The translations under genes and the position numbers were made by a program. From Camelus ferus (Eukaryota): a stretch of 64,000 bases of DNA. Shown here in pieces: positions 53,931-64,000 of this stretch. The stretch covers positions 78,680,001 through 78,744,000 of the forward strand of contig NC_045696.1 of assembly GCF_009834535.1 (NCBI RefSeq), in the 5' to 3' direction. The notes beneath the pieces were generated by a model. That model ran no database searches, was not told where the DNA came from, and saw only the letters and a program-made list of their open reading frames with translations. The first letter of the stretch is position 1; every line of letters begins with the position of its first letter.

Positions 53931-54519
53931 ATGTGAAAAGCCTTACATTTCAAGATAGAAGATTTAAACTATAAAGGTAAAATGTTCTAAAAGGTCCTAT
54001 ATTTATTAAGCTAAGAGAGTGCAGCAGTGAACAATACACTAAAAACACGATTGGAAATTATTACTTTATCAAAGTGCTGTGAAAGAAATGAAGCAAACTA
54101 CAGCAATAACACTAACATGAAGAAGTAGTGTATTTAACAATGGACATCTGTGTGTGAAACCCAATTTCCCTTAATAAAACCCCTCAAACCTAAACTCTGT
54201 TAAGGTTTGTACTGAAGGAAAGGTCCTTACATGGAGCCACCCTAGGCCTTAAGCACAACTACTGTTTCCTAGGATTCCATCTTCTCATTGGGAGTCCTAC
54301 TAATTATGCTTGTCATACCATGCTGCTAGGTCACAGCAGACAGATTCCAGAAAAACAGGAATAATCTATCCTTCTCTTCATGCTTTCCTTAATAGAACAA
54401 ATAAAACAAGACTACTTTCCTTAATAGAACAAATGAAACAAGAACAAACCAGCACGCTACAATTTAAACGCACTGAGCAACTAGCAGTGTCCATTTTTCT
54501 TTCGGTTCATAATAAGAGT

Positions 54520-54905
54520 TTCAGCTGAATGAGTGGCCACCCATATAGAGACAGTACATCCCAGCTTTCCTTGCAGCCATGTGTAGCCATGTGACAAAGT
54601 TCCAACAAATGGATTGTAAAAATTATTGGCCACTTGTTTTAAAAGGAAGTGTTTTGCCTTTATTTCTGCTTTCTCCTATTTCTCAAACTATAACGCAGAC
54701 ATGGCAGTGACCCATATCTAACCTTGCAGACAAAAACAACTTCCTCTAAGACTGCAAAGCAGTAAGGTGAAACAAACTTGGGGCTGATGACCTTGTGAAA
54801 CTAACCACTTTGATCACCTTGACTACCCTACCATTGTTGTGTGAAGGAGAAATAATCTTCTTTAAGCCAATGGATTTCTTTGTTACAGTAATTTTGTCTT
54901 TCAAA
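54520..54905 (+). mobile_element. LTR16-like ERVL solo LTR
   Basis: tacatcccagctttccttgcagccatgtgtagccatgtgacaaagttc...tttaagcca...tttgttacag. Confidence 0.6.
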
Positions 54906-57900
54906 TATACGCACAGACATACACAAATGTATGAACATACACAAAGATTGGGCAGTGGAGCTATTAAGAAAAAGTAAAAGTTTAAAGCACAAGTAAAAGA
55001 AAAAAGGTGTGTATATGTTTAGGCACTAAGATATAAGTCTATCATTAAGTAATAAAGATGAATACAAATTAATAAGCAGAAAGAAAATATTAAAGACCTA
55101 ACCAAAATAGAAGACTGGTATCAGAAACAGATATTTTCTGTACTCCGAAAATTGATATAATATTGCAAAAGCATTAGAAGGAACAATACATTGTAGTTCA
55201 GACGCCCCGATTTTTATTCAGATGATTACTTCTCACAAGCAGCACAGTAATTCAAATATAATTAACAAGTGTATTTGGAAACATTTAAATTCATTTAAAC
55301 TTTCAGTGAATTATAAAACAAATTTGGTATCTTAGCTTGATTAAATAGTGACAAATAAGACTTTATGAGAAAAGAGATTGAAACTCACTCAGTAAACATT
55401 ATTGAATATGTACTCTGTAATAGACACTTGTGCTGGATTCTGGGATACAAAGGTGAATAAAACACAGTTCCTACTTGAGAAAAAATCACTAGCAAATTTC
55501 ATTAATTGTGTTGACATATAAAGATAAAAGGTTCAATTGTATCAAAATTACTTTTTTATACCAATTTTTGGAACAATTATTTTTAAAAAACACACACAGA
55601 GTGTTATATATATACACAATCTCTTTAATACAAGGATCATTCAAGAAAAAGTTTTCACTGTATATAAAAATGAGTTTCACAACAAAATTATTTTGAAATA
55701 TTATGAAAATTCATATTACATATAATTTAAAAGTATTAATCTTCTAATCATTAAAGCATTGCTCATAAAGTAAGATACCAAAGTTTATTAGGCCTTTAGA
55801 TATAAACTATCTGCTCAATAAGGATTGTAAAATGCTTAAAAATAACAGCATGTACTAACTTCTTCCCTTCTACTTTACATGAATTTACTCTATTACAGGG
55901 GGGAAAATATTGGCAAATACTTTTTCATCTAATATTTTCACCTGAAAAGTGAATCATAATAGGAATCTTAGTGTTATTTATCTAAAAATGATAAATATTT
56001 AATCTAATGAAAAATAATCTATATATTAATCTAACAACAGTCACTTGTAATTGGTCAAAATCAAATATTTTGTTTTAACTCACTTTAATGCATTAAAATC
56101 TTGGAATAACTGGCTGTTATATTAGACAAATTCTGTCAAATGAAAACATAATTGCAACAATTTTATTCATTTTAAAAAATTGTTTGATGCTTAGAAACCA
56201 CCCTACCACTGTTATGTGAAAGAGAAATAAGCTTCTATTTTACTTATAAGACAATATAAATGGTTTTTTGATGACATCGCCCACTCCTGAAAAGTGCCAG
56301 AAATTACAGTAAGTAAATATAAGAAATTAGGGTGAAATTATACAAAAAGTGAATCTAACAACTAACTTTAAAATGATCGTTTCAGAGTTTAATTTATGAA
56401 TAAAGTTTTTGTATCAAAAACCTGTTACTATGTAACTTTAAGCTAAACACTGTTGCAGATTTAGGTCAGACTAAGATACTACAGTCTCATATACATTATT
56501 TTTTTAAATATAAAACATTTAAAAATTTTGAACATTTAGTTTGTCAAATAAGCCTACAAACTAAAAACAGTGTCTAAATCAAGAAAATAATAAAGGTTAA
56601 AAGCAAGAAATACTGTAGCTCAGAAGTATGAGGTCTTCTGGAATTCCTTATTTTTTCCCAACAATACATATAACAGCTTCCTAATTTCCAAATACACCTT
56701 CTGACTCTAGCGGTTACTTTTAAATTTATTTCTTATTCAACTTTGCATTCTTCAGTCACTTCTACTTCTTTCTAAACAGACACGTGACAGAAAGTAAATT
56801 ATAAAATCTGACTACAAAAAGAAAAAAATAGGAAGATAATTAATCATTAGAGTACAGCATTAAATGTAGTATTTAGGATGGTTACAAAAAGAACTTTAGA
56901 TATACCTACACATCAGTACACATCAGGTATTCGTCACTCAACCCAATGGCTTTCCCCACCTCAAATATGAGTGCTATTTCTTAAAATAAAAGTTTATGTA
57001 AAATCGTATCAGCTTATCTAATCACTCTTCAACTTGACTGCCAGGCTTCTGGTCAAGCTTGCCTATAAAGGTCCTTTTCATGTAATTGGTAATTTTCATT
57101 GTTCTTTTATCCTTTTCTCCCAGGGTTCCAACACTGTTACTGTTTCCAGCGAATGGAAGGCTTTTACATAGTAGGACAAAAGCACACAGAGCAGAGATGG
57201 CTGAGAGCCATAAGCACCCCTGCTGGTTTTTCCCCACTGGAGATAATGTGCTGTGATGCAGATTTTGCTTGACTCTTGGCAGGATCTCACAAAATCTGCA
57301 AATCTCTCCCTGCAGACCCAGCAACAAAACTGTACTAGGGTTCCTAACTGTCTCTTCTGTACGTTGGTTTGTTTTATGTAGCATTCTTCTAAAGGTGATT
57401 CACTGTGCAGAAGTTATCAGAGGCTGAGCAATTAATTATACTTTTAAACTCTGCATATTCCCATGACTAACTAAAGCCCAGATATATATATATATAGACG
57501 GTTCACAAGTAACGTAGCAATATGACAGAACACCGACAATGAAGCAAAAGGGATTACTGAATTACCATGTCTATAAACTAGAGTCTACTAGCTATTCTAT
57601 GTTATAAATCAACCAGCCAGTTAAAAAAGAAAACAAATAAAAGTCAATCTGGTGGGATCCTTCCCCATTCTAACTCTGTAATTCTCATTGGGTTATTTTG
57701 GCTAACTTCACTGTGTGTTAATATTTGTTGGAAAGGGTCCCTTCACCCTTTCTTACTTTCACTTCAAGAGTGTAGTGAGAGCTATCATCTCCTAACTCAA
57801 AAGATGCATATACTGATGCCTCTCTACCAACAACTGACTTCATTCTCTAAATTATCTCAGACGTGTCAATTCTGAATCCAGATCTACCTTTATTTTTCAG

Positions 57901-59759
57901 AGCACTAGTCATTTTAGAGACATATCTAGAATACTGAAGATTTTTCCGTTTCATCTTAGTAACTATTCATTGGCTTTCAGAATAGGTTCACATTTTTGTT
58001 CCTAAAAAAGTATTCTTTAAAAGCCCATGGTATCCTCAACAAATATTTGTTAAGTATATTAAGAACTGCACTATTATGAAAATAACTGCAAAAAATCATA
58101 GAGATGAAATTTTCTTTCTGATTTCAGTAGATGTGTGAAAACAAAATGGTTATATATTCTGATTTGATTTCCATTGGAAAGATAACAGCTGTCTTTGTGT
58201 TGAGCTCTGAAGAATTTTCCACCAGCCAAGAATAAATGTTCTAATAATAATCATTCCTTTATGGAACTAAGGAATAATATTTAAGAAGAAATAATTAAAA
58301 GAAAAAAATATTTAAAAACAAAAATCAGGGGCAAAAACAAATCTCTGGGCAAACTAATATTTTTCTTATGCCTTCCATGTAAAACAATGGCATTAAATGA
58401 ATAGAATATGAAAAATTAAAGATAAATTAAATTTTGCGATAAAAATCTGAGAAATAAATCACTTCTTACTATACAATGAATTTCTAAAAGAGTCTATGTG
58501 GAATACAACCATGGAACACAATTTATTATATCCCCTTCAAATTATTCTTTTAATGAGATGTGAAATTCACAGAATATAATGCCAGATATGCTATTTATTA
58601 TTTAAAGTAATTTTAACATATAGATATTAGAAGAACAAGAAACTCACACACATACACACACATACACAGTTATTGTCTTGAAGTTCTTTAAAGTATATAA
58701 GGAAATTGTGGTATAGAAAGTCTAATGCCATCAAAAAGCATCTTGTTAAATAAAAATGCAGACAGGTTTATTATCATATATTGTGACTATTTCCAGAAAT
58801 CAAATCAACATTTAATTAAATTTTATTTCACAGGCTTCTTTTCATAATAAATTACCATAAGCTTAGGAAAGGAAATGGTGAGGAAAGTTCCCCAAAGAAA
58901 TATATATTATTTTGAATAGTAATTTATTTTCACACAAAGTAGTAGTATTTTTTTCTAATATGAATAAAAAGATCTTAACCACAGAAAAATCCACATAGCC
59001 TTACCAAGATACCTAAAGACCAAGAATTTCACTCAATAATTTTGTCCACAACACTACCCACCTTTTCCTACAAAATGACAAATTTTTTGAAAAAAATATA
59101 ATTATTAAACTCAGAAAGGTCCCACATAGCCAACAGAATTTTTATAATATAATACTGACAAACCGTTTTACTCTTGAGATCAATAAAAAATAAATTATAC
59201 ATAAAAAATCAATACTTAATTCATACAGCTATCACTATTAAGTATCAGTGTAAAACACTTCATTTTGCATGTAACTGTGGTAAAATGCTTTATACTAGAA
59301 AAAAAAATAAACTCTATGGTGAATGAGTAGTATTTCATTCCTTACACTCTATTTAGCATCTCTGAGCATATTCTCTAAAGTATATTTATGGCTCTCAGGC
59401 TGCATAAGGACATCCAGTTGAAGTTCATACTAGTTTAATGAAAGGAACAAATATATACTTTACTTTTCACAATCACAGTACGTCCATCGCAACTAAGCTG
59501 AGGCTATCATACCGGTCACAGAGAGCAAGAAGTTTCTCAAATTTCAAGGAATATGGAGGGAGAAATTCTAGGAATTAGCTAGTATGTAATTGAGGGAATG
59601 GAAGAAGAAAAGGAAACTGTAATCTTTTAAGAAGAATTTTTTCAATAAGCTTCCTCAGTTGAAGAGAAATTTGCATTAATTTAAAGAGCAAATATTTACA
59701 GAAACAACTTAAATGGCCAACAACAGAGAAATAGATTTATTATGGCCAAGTCAGATGAT

Positions 59760-60045
59760 GTACCATGCAGTGGTCAATAATTACACTTACAAAGTTTAAA
59801 ATAATATTTAAAATACTCTATATACATTATATTGAAAAAGCAGGATGTTAAAATATCTAGTATGATCTCAAAAATATGAGGAAAAATAAAACAGAAAAAA
59901 ATCAGAAAAAAATGCTAAGATTTTAACACTGGGTAGTTAATTATAGGTGACTTTATTTTTCTATTTCTTTATACATTTCTAGATTTTCTAAATGTTCTGC
60001 AATAATTCTGTATTATTTTTATCATTAGAAAAAATGTTTAAAACA
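59760..60045 (+). mobile_element. L1ME-like 3' UTR fragment
   Basis: attataggtgactttatttt...ttttctaaatgttctgcaataa...tattatttttatcattagaaaaaa. Confidence 0.55.
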
Positions 60046-60128
60046 TAAAATGTTTGATTTTCCAAAGAAAGTATTCTCTGTAAGTCAATTTGAAACTAAT
60101 ACAACAAATCAGATTTTAAATAGCTGTA

Positions 60129-60361
60129 CAGTTGATACTGCACTTAAACAACATGGGTTTGAACTGTGTGAGTCCACATACACATGGATTTTTTTTCCAT
60201 GAATACATAATACAGTACTACATAATCTTCAGTTGATTGATTCCACAAATGCAGTACCATGCATGTGGAGGCCCAATTGTAAAGTTAAAAGTGGAATTTC
60301 AACTTCAGGGGCAGGAGAAGGGTGTGTGCCCCTAACTCCCAAGCTGCTCAAGGCTCTCCTG
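60129..60361 (+). mobile_element. MER8 (Tigger/TcMar) MITE
   Basis: TA-cagttga...aacaacatgggtttgaactg...cccctaactcccaagctgctcaaggctctcctg-TA; homolog of 18305-18514. Confidence 0.85.
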
Positions 60362-62631
60362 TACTCACCTTTCAGAAAGTAACACAGAAAGTAAAAAGTT
60401 TTATATACATGATCTGTATCACTTGGATTTTTCTATCCAAACTTCTTCAACTAGGAATAAATGCTAAATGTTTCCATTTTTCCTACACAGTTTTTATACA
60501 TGAACAAAAAACGCTAACCAAACACAAAACTGATCTTTGAATTATTTCTCTTCCTGATCCAAGAGGAAAATATTTTTAGGGTTTATATGATATGGAGAAT
60601 AAAAAAATCAAAAATAGCTCTTACTATGCTTTATTCTGTATGTTTGACTCCAGATGCCATGACTCTTAACGTACCCTGGCATATCCTTATTTGTTCAAGA
60701 TTATTTATGGGTGTTATTGGTCGGGGAAGGGGGAACTGTTTTGGGTTTTGTCTTGTTTTTTCGTTTTGCTTTAGCAGCATGCATTCATTTTCCTATAAAG
60801 ACAGATCATCTGGAAAGCAGGTTTCAGTTTTTCAATCTTAGTAATGTTGCCAGTGTCCCATTAACATGCTAAGGCAACTTGCCAAAAAATTAAATAATTT
60901 TTTCATATCACTTCATAATTACAGAGAACATACAATATAATATGCAGGTGGTTTAGAAAACGTGAATCAAAGGCAAGATTGCTGTCATTAGGAGCTCTAA
61001 TACCACTTTGTAAAGCTTCAGTTGAATCCCATTTCGAAGACTATATCCAAGAGAAGAAACCATCTTTGAAGCTTACAGTGGTACATTTCACTTGATGAAC
61101 CTAAAGCTCTTTAAAAATCAGCATTTTAAATTCCCATTTTGAGTGTAAAGCATTCAGTGAATCTATAATTGGGCTGAGATGACCTAATGAATCCAGCACA
61201 GACGCTGAGAGTTCCAAGTAAGCATTCTTCCAAGTCACTGTCCACTGCATGTTTTTCAGTGTTAAACTTATTTAACACCAATCCTGAGAAAGCCAACTAA
61301 ACAGTCTTCATTTTCATTTTCCCCAAGTCCCTAGTTTCCTCAAATCTGACATCTCCTCCATTTTAAAACACACTTGTCTCTTAGCATCTCTCTCATCCCA
61401 GGCATCTAGTCCCTCGTGTCTCCCAGGGTTCTATTATAAGAGGCCTCACATGGGCCTTTTCTCCCTAAAGAGCACTGCAGATTCTGGATGAGCATCTCGC
61501 AAAACAAACAAACTATATATATATACAGAACACACACACATATATATGAGAGGATTGATATAGGGTTATCAACTTATCAATAATACTGTTCCTCAAAAGA
61601 GTAGGACAGACAAGATTATAGAATAAAAGAGAGCGGGAAAACTCACTGCATAACCCTTATTTTCTCATTCTGTCAAAGACCAGTGGAAACTTCATAAAAA
61701 CCTTGGGAACCACATCCTTCCAACCTCTCTCCCCTCACTATCTTGCCCATCCCCCAGGTTTTTCTCTGCCCGGGAAGAATACTGGCTTGCTACTCTGATC
61801 ATCTTTGTAGCCCTCTAAAAGATAACAGAGCTGTGAAGAAAACATTAAGTAAATTAGGAAGCAATCCTGAGTAGTTTAGTAGCTCCACCAGAACAATGTG
61901 AAATAAAGAAGAAAAAATGCATTGAAAGTGCATCTGCACATTTTAATAAAAGAAAAAATGGGAAAGCCACTACTTACAACAAAGTTAAAAAAAAAATACA
62001 TGGATTTGGATAGTGGCAAAGATTTGGATTGTAAGGCAAAAAGAACACCAATTGCTAGTCCCAGCTTGGTCTCATTTGAGTCAGACCTATATGAGTTTGA
62101 GCAAGTCATTTAATACTTCTTTGTAACTGAAAAGGGCTAAACTAGGTTATCTCTTAAAGTAACTAATTATACCTCTAAGAATAAGAATAATGTTCTCTAG
62201 AGAATAAATTAAATGTAAAAATAGTGTTAACTTTTGTATCCCAACATTGTGTTTCCTTGTTTTACTTTTATTAGTTATATATTCCAAAAAGGATGTGATG
62301 TGGGTTCCAAGGAAGGACACATAAAATGAGACTATTATAACAAGAAACTGATGCTCTAAAAATATTATACTTCTTTATTCAAGTTTTTCAACTTCATTTT
62401 TCATACTCACATGTTCACTATCAGTAGAAGAAACAAAGAGTGAACTGAAAATGGAGTAGCTAAGTAAACTTTTGAAAAAGCTAATTCTAAATATGTCATA
62501 AGCTACTGCTACCTAATAATATTAGCATCAAACCATCATCTCTCTAGTCTAATAAAATATAAATCAGAGTCTCGGATAAAGACATAGTTTTGTGAATTAA
62601 AAAACACACACAAGACAAAACACTGTCTTAC

Positions 62632-62680
62632 CTTCCAGGGATTGTTTTATTTCCTCATCCCTCCAAGTACAACAAAAGCT
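62632..62680 (-). other. Candidate 49-nt exon
   Basis: Minus strand: atcttgatttgcctttcacag|AGCTTT...CTGGAAG|gtaaga; the only open frame is SFCCTWRDEEIKQSLE, protein not recognised. Confidence 0.3.
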
Positions 62681-63649
62681 CTGTGAAAGGCAAATCAAGA
62701 TATACTTCAGTTTCTCTCAGCAAAGAACAGCTTTCAGTGTTTATTGAACTTAACTGAATTCTAGGCCCAAATGGTCTAGTCATCTATTATCACTATAAAA
62801 ATTCCTTATTTCCTAGATCTGTCCAAAACCATGTTTCAGACCATGTATCTCAATATTTCTTTTGGGGGAAAAGCCTGACCAGGTTGATTTTTCTATTTCT
62901 CTACTTTTCCTCATGCCATCCCTACCGTGCAGCATAACTTGGTGCCATTAAGTGTCCCAAGAAGTGAACATGGACCCAGTAGATGGCATTCTGGAGACCA
63001 ACATGTGACCCATTTATAATTAAGTTCAGCTGCAATTCTGTTATTGACCCTCACTCATTCCTGTTTAGCTCCACCTGCTTAATACAAGTCTTGGAACATC
63101 TTTTATACTTTCAAGGCTTCTGCTTCTTTACTCATAAAATTCTTATCTATTTACATCAAGTGTCTTTGGGGACTATCTCAAAACAGACTTCCCCGTAGGA
63201 CCCTAAGAGTCATCATCCTCCTCATTCCTGCCCAGCTTACCCACCCTCTCCCAAACACACACACACACCCACAAAATGTGTCTGCTAATCTCCTTTGTAA
63301 TCTTGAAAAGGGGCAACATCTGGCTTTACTGGATATTAGAGTTTCAGGTAAAGTAAATCTTCACTTTCTATTAATCTATATTTTCCTTTCAGTACATCAG
63401 CTTGCTTAAGCAGCAAAAGGCAGTGAAGTGATAAAATGAAGTTGTATCTTCAACCCCTAATCACACCTGATGTGAGCCTAGGCAACTTCTGTGTGCCTGG
63501 CAAGGCTAGGTATAGAGCACACTTATGAGTCTATAATCTATTTGGGGAAGAATATCTTCTCATGGGAGGTGCAGGTGGAATTTGGGAGTAGCTTTGGTTT
63601 GGGCTATTATGTTACAGCACATTAGAGAGTACTTAGCTTGTCTCATGAA

Positions 63650-63900
63650 GAGAAATTCATTTAGTAAGTTTAATAAGAGAAATTCATTTAATAAGTACAT
63701 TCTGGGCACCATAATGACAGGCGAGTAAGGAGGCAAAGATTTAAAGACATTGTCTGCTCATATGACAAAAAAACATGGAGGAGAGAGAATGAATATACAT
63801 TGAAAATGATGCTAATAAAAGCAGCCATGTATACAGGGGAATACGAGGCCACAGTGGAGGGAGTGTGACTGGCTCTAGAGGAAAGGGTTGGGGACATTCA
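63650..63900 (-). mobile_element. L2 3' end, antisense
   Basis: attcatttaataagtacattctgggcacc...aaagacattgtctgctc. Confidence 0.5.
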
Positions 63901-64000
63901 CAAAAAAGATATATTACTGGCTATATGGGCATTTATATAAGGGAGAAATACATTCCAGGAAGAGTGTCCACATGTGTGGAAAGATGAAAGATAAAAGGCA

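Noticed and set aside
60740..60830. + strand NAGNAG acceptor (ttttgctttagcag)
   Set aside because: The T-rich tract resembles a low-complexity GTTTT repeat; only a weak donor follows, and it is opposite to the inferred host strand.
1..64000. CRISPR array, operon, CpG-island promoter or recursive-splice (YAG|GTAAG) site
   Set aside because: Eukaryotic repeat-rich DNA with no regularly spaced repeats and no CpG island; I noticed no polypyrimidine-AG/GT ratchet motif on the minus strand by eye.

Overview
AT-rich mammalian non-coding DNA, most likely from a camelid: it carries two camelid-type tRNA-derived SINEs and a camelid-type L1 3' end, and I saw no Alu, B1, Bov-tA, PRE-1 or Can-SINE. Much of the window is decayed transposable elements: three multi-kb fossil L1s, many L2/MIR fragments, MaLR/ERV LTRs, hAT-Charlie and Tigger MITEs, and a CR1/L3 remnant. 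Almost all long L1s lie on + and the + strand looks A-rich, which suggests a large intron of a gene transcribed on the minus strand. I could not identify that gene or any protein-coding exon with confidence, and all supplied ORFs look like L1 remnants or chance ORFs. I found no convincing new biological system. The best leads are four minus-strand splice-site-bounded segments (including a 7-nt microexon candidate), a hairpin in a repeat-poor block, a nested internal L1 ORF2 fragment, and several template-switch-like micro-rearrangements. Repeat family names come from my recall of consensus sequences, not a database search, and their boundaries are approximate.
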